This document shows, in pieces, positions 50,159 through 59,085 of a stretch of DNA of 64,000 nt. Where the stretch lies: IMG/VR virus record IMGVR_UViG_3300042558_005120, positions 1 to 64,000 of that record; one strand, given 5' to 3'. Both the position numbers and the translations under genes were made by a program. A model generated the notes under the pieces. The model had not been told where the DNA came from and did not search any database. It saw only the letters and a list, made by a program, of their open reading frames with translations. Origin of the DNA: a virus. How positions within the stretch are numbered: the stretch's first letter is position 1; every line of letters begins with the position of its first letter.

Positions 50159-50473
50159 TTATTCTGGTTTTTTTATTATATTTAAAATTTTCTCTACTAA
50201 CGGGTACTTTAAATGAGCACCTAATTCGGGTGTTAAGTATATAATCAGCAAAACAATAAATGAAAAATTATTTTCATCAACATAAGTAATTATATCAAAG
50301 TCTTCCCATTTTTCTGAATATGTCTCTAAATAGTCGACTATACTTTTTAATTTATTTTGGTCATCCTGAATCTCTTCTAGCGTATAATTTAGTTTTTTTA
50401 TAATATACGGTTTGTTGGTACGGTTTTCTAATTTATTTATTATACTATCAATAATTTCAATTTTGGTTTTCAT
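50159..50473 (-). CDS. Hypothetical protein
   Basis: 104-aa ORF tightly packed between polB-N and nrdB. Confidence 0.5.
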   Translation of the reverse strand: MKTKIEIIDSIINKLENRTNKPYIIKKLNYTLEEIQDDQNKLKSIVDYLETYSEKWEDFDIITYVDENNFSFIVLLIIYLTPELGAHLKYPLVEKILNIIKKPE

Positions 50474-50474
50474 T

Positions 50475-51875
50475 TTAATTATTTAATTGTTGTTCTAAAT
50501 ATTGAATTTCTGCTTCGATTGCTTCGTATTCTTTTTTTGCTGTTTTACGTTTATTATAATAATCAGTCAAAACTGTGCGAAAGATTGAATCTTCCTTTTT
50601 ACTAAAAACTGCCCCGGATGCAGTCAAAATTTCCTTTTCAAAGTCAACAGTTTCCCCAACTTTAATGTTTCGCAAATAAGAGTCCGGAGAAATATTCCAT
50701 TGGCGCATAATAAATGGATATAGAGAAGCAAAGTCCAATGAACCCACCCATTCGTATAATCCAGTTTTCGGGTCAACAACAAAGGCACCTTCGTACTTGC
50801 CTTTTTTCTTTTCAACCTTTTCAGATTTTGGTATTACTTTATTTCGATTTAAACACTCACGGCACATCGCGGCTTCTGCCATATAGATTGGAGAAAATGC
50901 TCGATTGATTTCAACCTTGGTTATGTTTGCAAGTGTTAAAAATGTTTGCAATGTGTTGAGCTTTTCATCAATCAGTTCAACTAATTTGGTATCGACCACA
51001 TTATAAAAAATATACGACTCAAAATCATTATTATATAATTCTTGTAGTGAACCGTTAAATTTTACTTTTTGTACACCCAATGCAGCACTTGCAACAAAGT
51101 CCAGGGTATTGTTTTCTTTAATGTCAACAACCCGATCCCATTTTTTATAGATATCCATATAGTCAACAATCAAACGGTGCATTGGCATCGGATTATCCTT
51201 TCCAACTAATTTCCCAGAAACCGATGAAGGTTTCATATTTATATTAAGTCGCTTACAACGGTTTGTTAAATATTGCCAGTCAAATTTTGTAAAGTTCCAA
51301 CCAGTTAGTAGTGGTAATTTTAAAATTGCTTTATGAAAAAAACTAACTAACATATCGTACTCACTTGAAAACTTCAAATAAGTAAATTCCATAACCATCC
51401 CATTCAACTGCTTTTCCAAGTGTTGATTCATTCGGTTCTCAATACTTTTGATTTGTACTGCAGATAAATCCTTTAATCCCATACAGATCATTTTCTTGCC
51501 ATTACAAAATGCAATTGCTGTTACTGGGTATTTTGCAGTTTCTGGTTTTGGCCATTCGTCTCCAATCTCGACCTCGATATCCATGAACCATTTCTTTGGA
51601 GTATTAAATTCGTAAATTTCATCTATGGTTCCTGACGGCAAAGATTCGATATATTCAATTACTCTAAAGTTAGAGATGTTCTTTGCCTTTTTCTTTTTTA
51701 CTGGCTTGTCGTCCCACGATAAAGTACCAGGATAGGATTTTTCGCCGGACTTACAATACTCCCAATTATACATTTCCTCTTCAGGGATTCTTATGTTTTT
51801 TATCGAGATACCACCTTCTTTATTAAAAAAGGAAATGTTTAATTCTGAGTTTTCTTGTTCAATATCAATTATCAT
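50475..51875 (-). CDS. Family B DNA polymerase, N-terminal subunit (exonuclease + motif A)
   Basis: DIEV, TGWN..FD, YNVVD, YEGAFV, DFASLYP; ends within the fingers domain. Confidence 0.9.
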   Translation of the reverse strand: MIIDIEQENSELNISFFNKEGGISIKNIRIPEEEMYNWEYCKSGEKSYPGTLSWDDKPVKKKKAKNISNFRVIEYIESLPSGTIDEIYEFNTPKKWFMDIEVEIGDEWPKPETAKYPVTAIAFCNGKKMICMGLKDLSAVQIKSIENRMNQHLEKQLNGMVMEFTYLKFSSEYDMLVSFFHKAILKLPLLTGWNFTKFDWQYLTNRCKRLNINMKPSSVSGKLVGKDNPMPMHRLIVDYMDIYKKWDRVVDIKENNTLDFVASAALGVQKVKFNGSLQELYNNDFESYIFYNVVDTKLVELIDEKLNTLQTFLTLANITKVEINRAFSPIYMAEAAMCRECLNRNKVIPKSEKVEKKKGKYEGAFVVDPKTGLYEWVGSLDFASLYPFIMRQWNISPDSYLRNIKVGETVDFEKEILTASGAVFSKKEDSIFRTVLTDYYNKRKTAKKEYEAIEAEIQYLEQQLNN

Positions 51876-51907
51876 ACTGTAAATTTTATAAAAAATAGGA
51901 TTTAATT

Positions 51908-51935
51908 TTCTATGAATTAAACCCTATAAAGTTTT
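51908..51935 (-). promoter_or_regulatory. Bipartite promoter AAAACT-N15-CATAGAA upstream of polB-N / nrdBA
   Basis: Motif with fixed spacing. Confidence 0.6.
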
Positions 51936-52022
51936 TTAAAAAAATATGATAATTCTAAAACTTTTTTTCTGCTTTCTGCATAAAATAACTATGAGTAGTT
52001 TCGGAAGGTTAAGTATCTAAGC

Positions 52023-52631
52023 TTACCTTTGAGCAACATAACCAGACAAGATCTTTGCATCCTCAATCATTTGATCTTTATGAGTCATAACATCAGATTC
52101 TTTTTCTCCAATATGGTGCCCAACAATAAAACCAATTAAATACTTTTCAATTGAATAGATTGGAACAGTAACAAATTGAGTAACGCCCAGCTTTTCTAGC
52201 TCTTTTTTATCTTTGTAATCAATATCTTCAATATCAATAAGAAAGCATTTTTCAGACAGCATTCTTGTTACCCACTGCGGATATTCTGAAGTTAAAACGT
52301 TTTGTTGAAGTCTTTTGAGTTTTTCGTAACCGGGTGCAACAGATTCATAAGTCATTGAAAACTTCTTCATACTTTTGCCATGAAAGAATTTACCACCGTT
52401 ATGAAATTGAAATATTGAGGCCCTGTCAAAATGATAATTTTTTCTAAATGTTTCCAGCCATTCCTGAACTGCAATCATTTCAATAGCATCTACTTCATTA
52501 ATTATCTCATCCTCTTTCTTTTTCTTCTGAGAAATTCTATAGTCTAATTTAGTTTTAACAACAACGGTAATTAATGCTACACAAATAGTACCAACTGTTG
52601 TAATTAGTGTCTGAATAACATCTACGCTCAT
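52023..52631 (-). CDS. Putative holin: N-terminal TM helix plus GAF-like domain (T4 T-like architecture)
   Basis: Single TM helix; DRASIFQFHNG...LGVTQFVTVPI...LIGFI. Confidence 0.5.
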   Translation of the reverse strand: MSVDVIQTLITTVGTICVALITVVVKTKLDYRISQKKKKEDEIINEVDAIEMIAVQEWLETFRKNYHFDRASIFQFHNGGKFFHGKSMKKFSMTYESVAPGYEKLKRLQQNVLTSEYPQWVTRMLSEKCFLIDIEDIDYKDKKELEKLGVTQFVTVPIYSIEKYLIGFIVGHHIGEKESDVMTHKDQMIEDAKILSGYVAQR

Positions 52632-53227
52632 TTCATTTTGCTATTTTTCTTCATCCAACGTTTAACCCATTTTTTGTATTCCTCGTAGGACATAACTCCA
52701 ATTTTATCTTCTTTATTATCAATGTTGTTATCAAACCGGTCACCCGAACCAAGCGTGCCAAGTGTTGGCATTACCACATTACCAACACCGCTTGTATTAT
52801 TCACAGTTGCAGGTGTACCAGGTGGAACTGGAACTGAGGAAACTCCAGATTCTGTTACTTCCTCCTCTTCATCTTCGATAAATTTCATAAATTTTTTCAC
52901 TAATGGATCTTTATTGTCTTTATTTGCGTATGGTAACATTGGCGCTACATTTGATACATAAGAATAAAATTGCGGAAAAGGCCCACCACTTAAAAAACCT
53001 GTTAAATTTTCTTTAACTTTCTTTTTCGGTAAGTCTTTAATTTTTGTTTCAGCAAATCTTTTTAATTCGGCTTTTGACATTGAATCAGCAAGGTCAGAAA
53101 TTTGATCTCGGTATTCGGCGTCTATTTCTTTTGGGTCAGTACCTTCATCCCCGCCACTAAGCTTAAACTTTTTTACTTGATAGGCTTGTGCCATCAATTT
53201 CTGCTGAGATTGTGATACTGCTGGCAT
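52628..53227 (-). CDS. DUF3008-like protein
   Basis: MPAVSQSQQKLM...SMSKAELKRFAETK. Confidence 0.55.
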   Translation of the reverse strand: MPAVSQSQQKLMAQAYQVKKFKLSGGDEGTDPKEIDAEYRDQISDLADSMSKAELKRFAETKIKDLPKKKVKENLTGFLSGGPFPQFYSYVSNVAPMLPYANKDNKDPLVKKFMKFIEDEEEEVTESGVSSVPVPPGTPATVNNTSGVGNVVMPTLGTLGSGDRFDNNIDNKEDKIGVMSYEEYKKWVKRWMKKNSKMK

Positions 53228-53228
53228 A

Positions 53229-53564
53229 TTAACCTAAATCTGTAATTTTGCTATGAACACGCTCACCAAGTTTTGAAAGAGAGTAATGCTTTTCTCCGTT
53301 TTTTTCAACAACATTAAAGTATTGCTCATTTCTTCTCACCCATTGCGGTGATGTTGTTCTTTGTGAGCCTTCGTTCATGCCTTTAATAAATTCGTATAGT
53401 GCAGCCTTTGTTACTGTTTTGTTTTCTTTAACAAAAGATAAAATTCTTTCACGAACAGGCGCATAGTCTGAAACAACTGTTGCTGGATGATTATCTGTGT
53501 ATTTTCTTTTTACGGTTATAAGTGATTCACTTAAGAAAGTTTCGAAATCCATTATAAAACTCAT
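53229..53564 (-). CDS. Winged-helix-like protein with capsid-targeting-like leader
   Basis: MSFIMDFETFLSES; C-terminal YSLSKLGE. Confidence 0.55.
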   Translation of the reverse strand: MSFIMDFETFLSESLITVKRKYTDNHPATVVSDYAPVRERILSFVKENKTVTKAALYEFIKGMNEGSQRTTSPQWVRRNEQYFNVVEKNGEKHYSLSKLGERVHSKITDLG

Positions 53565-53581
53565 ATCTTTAATTTTTTTAG

Positions 53582-53590
53582 TATATATCA
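53582..53590 (-). promoter_or_regulatory. Late-type promoter motif TGATATATA
   Basis: Recurrent motif. Confidence 0.65.
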
Positions 53591-53612
53591 CTTAAGAGTT
53601 AGTGTAATTTTA

Positions 53613-55424
53613 TCAAACATAAAAAACACTGTCGAATCTGGATTTTACTAAATACCAAAACGGGTGCATTTCCTCAGGTGTTAGTTTCTGAAACTCTGTT
53701 TCACTTGTTCCAATTTCAATTACCTCAAGTGCATCTTTGTATAATTTTTTTGAAATTTTCTCAAGTTTCCATTTATATCCTTTTTCGCCCCAGATCGCTT
53801 TGAAATTTTTTGTTTCCATCTCAAATAATTCATAATTATTTACAGAACAATAAATGTGCTCTGGTATAAAATTATCACATTTAGTAATTACTTTCTGAAT
53901 AAGTGGAATGTCTAATATATAATATCCAAGAAAAATTTCATTTCGATTGTTTACAAATCTAGACGCTATTTTCTCAACGTCTTGAGTTTGCATATGAAGA
54001 AAATCATCCTTTACATCGTGGAAAAGAATAATTCTTTTCTTTGTCTGTTTGTGGATATTCTCTAATTGGTCAACTAATTTTTTCGTAATTAAAGAAAGAT
54101 TACATACAACAACAGTTACCGCTTCTTTTTGCTCGTATGACCTTTCGCCGTCGAAAAAGGATTCTAATAAAACAATCGACTTTTCAACTTTACTGTCATC
54201 TGAGCCAGATTCTTTTTTATCTTCTTTCTTTTGACCTTCTTTTTTGTCTTCTTTCTTGTCTTCTTTCTTGTCTTCCTTTTTGTCTTCCTTTTTGTCTTCC
54301 TTTTTGTCTTCCTCATTTAAAATAAAATTAAACTCTAAAAAGGAATAGTCACTTTCAACAAGCCTTGAAATTTCTTCAATTTTTGTATTAAAGTTATTAA
54401 CAATACTTTCACTTAATAGACCGCTTGGGTATTTTGGCTTCTTTAAATTTGCTAGAAATACAGTAAACAAATATTCGTATCTACTATCACTTTCGATAAT
54501 TTGACTTGTTGTTTTGTTTGAAATCCACTGCGAGTTGAAATTTCCACTTTTCTCTAAAAATTTAGGACGCTCCAGACCGGAATCCAAAAAGTCAGGTCCT
54601 TTTGCTTCAACAAAGGAATTAAAAATTTCTGATACGGTTTCCAAATATGCAATATCCGTATCCTTTGTGTCCGATTTAATTTTATTAATGTTAATTGTAT
54701 TGATGTGCTCGCAAATTTCTAAAAGTAAAATATCAAAAAGATGCCCTCTCGATTCCTTTTTACTTTCAATAACTGTATCACTTTCAAGTTTGAAAAGCAA
54801 ATCCTGTTGTTCAAATACAATCGAATCTATTTGCTGTTGGGCTTCATTTAGTAATCCTTTAACTGGGAAAAAGGATTCATTGATTTGCTCAGATTCAGAT
54901 TTTGCAATACTTACTAATTGTTCTATGCTTTCTTCACTGAGTTCACCTTCGAAAAGAGGTTTATTCCATTCGCACCCAAAAATACTTGACCATCTTTCTA
55001 AGACCTTTGAATCTTTGATGTCTCTGGAAATGTCTGAATCTGGTTTTCTGATTGTGATATCCGTTAAGACTAATCCTTTTCTAGGTCGTCTTTCATAACG
55101 TGTGGATAACGGTGCATTGGTTGGAAACCATGAAAACCCGAACCGATGGCGTGGAGGTATTGAGTTTTTAATTTCGGACGGCAAGCTTTGAATATGCGTA
55201 ATAGCCTGTTCATATAAGTCATTAATTGTGCGGTCAATTTTATTGAGCGGAACCTTTCCGTTCTTTCCATAGAAATAAATTTGATAATTATCTTGGTTTT
55301 TTTCAAACGCAAACCGATAAGCATCGAACTTTTCAGTGATGCGGGTTTCTCGTTTCAGAGTCTCACGAAGACCTTTTTCTCCGACTTTTTTGTAGAGTTC
55401 TCTAATATTTTTAATCCCAGCCAT
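53613..55424 (-). CDS. Hypothetical protein with a ligase-like motif I (TEKFD) and an EDKK repeat linker
   Basis: ITEKFDAY...PLFEG; late motif upstream. Confidence 0.45.
   Translation of the reverse strand: MAGIKNIRELYKKVGEKGLRETLKRETRITEKFDAYRFAFEKNQDNYQIYFYGKNGKVPLNKIDRTINDLYEQAITHIQSLPSEIKNSIPPRHRFGFSWFPTNAPLSTRYERRPRKGLVLTDITIRKPDSDISRDIKDSKVLERWSSIFGCEWNKPLFEGELSEESIEQLVSIAKSESEQINESFFPVKGLLNEAQQQIDSIVFEQQDLLFKLESDTVIESKKESRGHLFDILLLEICEHINTININKIKSDTKDTDIAYLETVSEIFNSFVEAKGPDFLDSGLERPKFLEKSGNFNSQWISNKTTSQIIESDSRYEYLFTVFLANLKKPKYPSGLLSESIVNNFNTKIEEISRLVESDYSFLEFNFILNEEDKKEDKKEDKKEDKKEDKKEDKKEGQKKEDKKESGSDDSKVEKSIVLLESFFDGERSYEQKEAVTVVVCNLSLITKKLVDQLENIHKQTKKRIILFHDVKDDFLHMQTQDVEKIASRFVNNRNEIFLGYYILDIPLIQKVITKCDNFIPEHIYCSVNNYELFEMETKNFKAIWGEKGYKWKLEKISKKLYKDALEVIEIGTSETEFQKLTPEEMHPFWYLVKSRFDSVFYV
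54240..54311. repeat. 12-bp coding tandem repeat (about 6 copies) encoding EDKK
   Basis: TTTTTGTCTTCC / TTCTTGTCTTCT units. Confidence 0.9.
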
Positions 55425-55449
55425 TTTAATATTTTGTTTAAATTCTAAT

Positions 55450-55458
55450 TATATATCA
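55450..55458 (-). promoter_or_regulatory. Late-type promoter motif TGATATATA
   Basis: Recurrent motif. Confidence 0.65.
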
Positions 55459-55461
55459 AAG

Positions 55462-55842
55462 TTAAATAAGGTAGCTTTCGGCGAAACCGGATGCGACCAT
55501 TTTTTGGTTGATGTTTACATAGGTAACAGTTTTAATTCCTTCATTTAGTGTTGTAGTTTCCAAATAAATAGTGCCCAGGATCCTTCCGTATTTTTCAGAT
55601 CGATCTTTGATACTTTCTAAAATAATTGATTTTCCCATTATCATTGATGCTAACCAAGATTTTGCTGCTAACCCAGACTTTCGAGTTTCGCCCTTAAGTT
55701 CAGGTGTATTAATTCCGTATAGTCTGATTTTTTGCTTGTGTAGTGTTGTCCAAAAACCAAGATCAATATCAACTGTAATAGTGTCGCCGTCATAGACATC
55801 GGTAACAAATGCTTTGTAAAGATAAAAGTTATTTAGTTCCAT
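55462..55842 (-). CDS. Thermonuclease (SNase-like)
   Basis: VYDGDTI.VDIDLGF...IRLYGINTPE...KYGRILG. Confidence 0.88.
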   Translation of the reverse strand: MELNNFYLYKAFVTDVYDGDTITVDIDLGFWTTLHKQKIRLYGINTPELKGETRKSGLAAKSWLASMIMGKSIILESIKDRSEKYGRILGTIYLETTTLNEGIKTVTYVNINQKMVASGFAESYLI

Positions 55843-55862
55843 GGATAATTTATTTTTTGACT

Positions 55863-55891
55863 AAAAAAAGGTCACAATCAATTGTGACCTT
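55863..55891 (-). terminator. Rho-independent terminator
   Basis: AAGGTCACAAT/ATTGTGACCTT stem plus T-run. Confidence 0.75.
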
Positions 55892-55914
55892 AAAAACAAA
55901 GTTTATATGTTTTT

Positions 55915-56088
55915 CTATTTTCCAGCTTTGTCAATAATTGACCAAACGCCGCCGGTTAACGCAATTACTGAACCGCTGATTTCTGCCCATAACGGTTCGT
56001 CTAATAATCCTTTCATAACAAGAATACCGCCAACGAATGTAAGTCCATGACGGACGATTCCTAAAATTTGTTCTTTTGTTAGTTTCAT
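55915..56088 (-). CDS. Small two-TM holin-like protein (57 aa; missing from the ORF track)
   Basis: MKLTKEQILGIVRHGLTFVGGILVMKGLLDEPLWAEISGSVIALTGGVWSIIDKAGK, translated by hand. Confidence 0.7.
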   Translation of the reverse strand: MKLTKEQILGIVRHGLTFVGGILVMKGLLDEPLWAEISGSVIALTGGVWSIIDKAGK

Positions 56089-56150
56089 AATAATAGAGTT
56101 TTTTTAAAATCCAAATTTCTTTGAACTGTATCAATTACTTTTCTAAATTT

Positions 56151-56807
56151 TTATTGTGCTATTTTAATATCTGTTGGTTTTATTATACTATCGAAAGTAA
56201 CAACAGACTTCATATCCTCTGGCATCAATGGGTCAACCCACCATGTATATCCCTTAGCGTTAATTTCCAATATAACCGGGTCGGGTATTTTAAAGTAATT
56301 AGTTATTTTTCTTGCTGCTCCAATTGATGTTACGCCAAAAACAGCTGCGTATAATTGCATTGTAACATTTTCACCAGATAATCCTTTACTGAAAGTTGAT
56401 GAGTGTGCCTGTGCCTCAGAAGCAATCAGCCCTTTTTGCATTATATTATCAAGATTTGCTTTTGCTGCAACGTGGAATACTTTTCTTGCTTTTACTGGTT
56501 TTGCAGCAATCATTGTTTTCATTTCGTTATCACTTGAATATCCTCTTAATGTTTTTAAAATAAGAATATTCTTATGCTGTCTACCATATTTTTCAATATC
56601 TGCTAATGTTTGTTTGATTTGTAATTCAGTAGAGGTGTCTATATTTACTAACACTCCGTTATCGAATACTTTAACTTCGGCAAAGCCATTTTTTTTAAAA
56701 ATAGCCGCAACATCTTGTTTGACTGCATTTGGATTGTAATTAGATTCATTGATTGAATCCAATTTAGACTCAAGCAAAAATTCATTAAATGTAAAAATTC
56801 TTTTCAT
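56151..56807 (-). CDS. Leader-tagged protein with an ADP-ribosyltransferase/KptA-like C-terminal domain
   Basis: MKRIFTFNEFLLES; VFHVAAKANLDNIMQKGL...AVF...VILEI...IKPTDI. Confidence 0.55.
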   Translation of the reverse strand: MKRIFTFNEFLLESKLDSINESNYNPNAVKQDVAAIFKKNGFAEVKVFDNGVLVNIDTSTELQIKQTLADIEKYGRQHKNILILKTLRGYSSDNEMKTMIAAKPVKARKVFHVAAKANLDNIMQKGLIASEAQAHSSTFSKGLSGENVTMQLYAAVFGVTSIGAARKITNYFKIPDPVILEINAKGYTWWVDPLMPEDMKSVVTFDSIIKPTDIKIAQ

Positions 56808-56815
56808 AATATTTT

Positions 56816-57253
56816 TTATTTTATTTCAACGTTGCGTTTTGCCTTAGCGGACAAATATTGAGGTATCAGTGTTTTGTAAAGTCTTCTGCGTTTTTCATCA
56901 GTTGCATCAATGATTACAGTTTTGTCATAACCATATGAATCTAAAAATTTTTCTATGATTGTGGTTATGGTTTTAAATAAAGTTCTAACATTACCTTCAC
57001 CGGTCATCTCAAAAGTATCAATCTTATTAAAATCTCCTTTATCAAGTCCAAATGATAGATCAAATTTCCCTTCTTCTGCGCGGTATTCTCCTGAATAAAA
57101 CACCACTTTGTATTGTTGCGTTGGCGAATTAAAAGTATATTCAGCGGTAAGTAATTCATCTTCATCGTCATATTGTTCCTCTTCTTCTCGAAAAGGATAT
57201 GGTTTTTCTAAACTTTCATTTATAAAGTCTTCAAATGTTTGGATGTGTTTCAT
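56816..57253 (-). CDS. Leader-tagged hypothetical protein
   Basis: MKHIQTFEDFINES. Confidence 0.65.
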   Translation of the reverse strand: MKHIQTFEDFINESLEKPYPFREEEEQYDDEDELLTAEYTFNSPTQQYKVVFYSGEYRAEEGKFDLSFGLDKGDFNKIDTFEMTGEGNVRTLFKTITTIIEKFLDSYGYDKTVIIDATDEKRRRLYKTLIPQYLSAKAKRNVEIK

Positions 57254-57271
57254 TTTGTATTACTTAAATTT

Positions 57272-58174
57272 TTATTTACTGATGAATTTTTTGAATTTAT
57301 CTAAAAACTCAATAAAATCTTTATCAAATAAATTTATACTTATTCCAATATCTTTTAATGATTCGATATAGTCAGAGAAATATTTTTTATCATATATCGT
57401 AGATTGTTCCAGAGTTTTAATTCCTATATTTGGGTACATTTTTTTATAACCTATATAAGTTTTGTAGTCATTCTTCTCAACGTATTGTTTCAATTTATCC
57501 AAATTCCTATCAATTATGCCAACATTTTTTTTGTAATCAGAATCTTCTAAATTATCAAATGAATATTCATAAAATAATTTCTCTAAAGTATCGAAAGTTG
57601 TATTCCAATCATATATACTTTTGGCAAGATCATCTCCCTGAAATTTAGTTTTTACATATGGAAGTATTTCACTCTTTTTTAATTCTGAATCCTTAGCCCA
57701 CTTAGGATATTTCTTTTTTAATTTATCAAGTAATTTGGAAATCATTTCCGCAATCATGTCTGGCCAAATTATAGTATTATCTTTATAAAGCCCAACACCT
57801 TCGTCATAAATCTCCTTGAAATCCCTTCCTTTATTTATATGCAAATAAACAGCGCCATACTCATTAGCATCAACATAAAATAGAGAAGTAATGTTTTTTC
57901 TATTTTGTGGGGTATTATCAACATCATAAAATTCAATGATTGAATCAATAATTGAATTTGTAACAACATCTATAATAATGCTGGACTTATTTATTCGAGC
58001 TACGTCAAATCTAATTTGCGTCTCATTCTTACCAATTTTAGTAAGACCTTTTTTATGACCCGTAATTTTGGTTAATGCATCAATTAAATTATTTGATATA
58101 AATGTCTTTGCATCGTAACTATCTAACGATTTCAATTCGTTTAAGAAACTTTCAAATGTTTGAATATATTTCAT
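57272..58174 (-). CDS. Leader-tagged hypothetical protein
   Basis: MKYIQTFESFLNE. Confidence 0.65.
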   Translation of the reverse strand: MKYIQTFESFLNELKSLDSYDAKTFISNNLIDALTKITGHKKGLTKIGKNETQIRFDVARINKSSIIIDVVTNSIIDSIIEFYDVDNTPQNRKNITSLFYVDANEYGAVYLHINKGRDFKEIYDEGVGLYKDNTIIWPDMIAEMISKLLDKLKKKYPKWAKDSELKKSEILPYVKTKFQGDDLAKSIYDWNTTFDTLEKLFYEYSFDNLEDSDYKKNVGIIDRNLDKLKQYVEKNDYKTYIGYKKMYPNIGIKTLEQSTIYDKKYFSDYIESLKDIGISINLFDKDFIEFLDKFKKFISK

Positions 58175-58189
58175 CTGTTTTTTGATATT

Positions 58190-58477
58190 TTATTCACCAT
58201 ACCAAGAATATCCATACTCTTCATATTTGCTATGGACTTCTTTTGGTGTTTTATCTTTATACCATGCAGAACCCAATTTTTGAGAAAGCCCTAATTTCAC
58301 AGCTTCACGTTCAATGGCATCCATTTTTTTAATTTCTGCCATGTTATAGTTAGAGTCCTTTACTTTTTGACCTTGTGCATACATATCATCAAGAAGTTTC
58401 TCTACTTTTTTAGGATCTAATCCCTCGTTTAGTTCTGCTTCATTCAAGAAGCTTTCAAATGTTTTGATGTGTTTCAT
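58190..58477 (-). CDS. Leader-tagged hypothetical protein
   Basis: MKHIKTFESFLNEA. Confidence 0.65.
   Translation of the reverse strand: MKHIKTFESFLNEAELNEGLDPKKVEKLLDDMYAQGQKVKDSNYNMAEIKKMDAIEREAVKLGLSQKLGSAWYKDKTPKEVHSKYEEYGYSWYGE
58439..58477. repeat. 39-bp leader-coding direct repeat, 38/39 identical to 59496-59534
   Basis: TTCATTCAAGAAGCTTTCAAATGTTTT(G/A)ATGTGTTTCAT. Confidence 0.9.
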
Positions 58478-58482
58478 AATAA

Positions 58483-58842
58483 TTATTTCTTTAATTTTTT
58501 AGCAAAGTTTATCAAATAATCATTAGCAAAGTCTTCTATTGTTTTTATATAGTCAGGTATTTTTTCAGTTCTAACTTTTATTGCTAATTTTCCCGCCTTT
58601 GTTAGAATTAGAGCAACTTTGCCATCCTCATAACCTAATTTGTAATGACTGACATTTAATGTTTTATAAGTACCGAACTTATCGCCCATAGCTAATCCTA
58701 ACCCAACGTCTGCTTTTGGTAGATTCTGAGCTGGAATTTCGGAAGAAGGTACTGATGTAAGAATATAATTTAATGATTTACCTGTGGCTTCTATAATAGA
58801 TTCTTCATTTAAGAAGCTTTCAAATGTGTGGATATGATTCAT
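58483..58842 (-). CDS. Leader-tagged hypothetical protein
   Basis: MNHIHTFESFLNEES. Confidence 0.65.
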   Translation of the reverse strand: MNHIHTFESFLNEESIIEATGKSLNYILTSVPSSEIPAQNLPKADVGLGLAMGDKFGTYKTLNVSHYKLGYEDGKVALILTKAGKLAIKVRTEKIPDYIKTIEDFANDYLINFAKKLKK

Positions 58843-58857
58843 CTGTTTTTTGTTATT

Positions 58858-59085
58858 TTATTCATCTCCGTAAAGTTCGTGATATTTTTTAGTGTGCTTG
58901 GACGTTTTTAGCAGTTTCTTGCCTTTAGTATCACCTGGCATTTCTTTGTATGCTTTGGGGTCATCGTCATCCATATCAGCTTGTTTTGCGATTTGTGCTT
59001 TCTTCTTGGCTGCAGTACTCTTTGAGATTCCCTTAAAGTAGCCGCCTTCTCTTACAAATTCTTCAAAAGATTGTGTATATTTCAT
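58858..59085 (-). CDS. Leader-tagged small basic protein
   Basis: MKYTQSFEEFVREG...AYKEMPGD...SKHTKKY. Confidence 0.65.
   Translation of the reverse strand: MKYTQSFEEFVREGGYFKGISKSTAAKKKAQIAKQADMDDDDPKAYKEMPGDTKGKKLLKTSKHTKKYHELYGDE

Noticed and set aside
38528-51875. Split intein in PolB
   Set aside because: No Hint motifs at either free end.
55903-55929. CATATAA upstream of the thermonuclease as another bipartite promoter
   Set aside because: It lacks AAAACT at the 15-nt spacing and is followed immediately by a terminator.
55931-56134. 67-aa ORF MIQFKEIW in the track
   Set aside because: The alternative frame 55915-56088 gives a clean two-TM protein with an ATG start and fits the spacing better.
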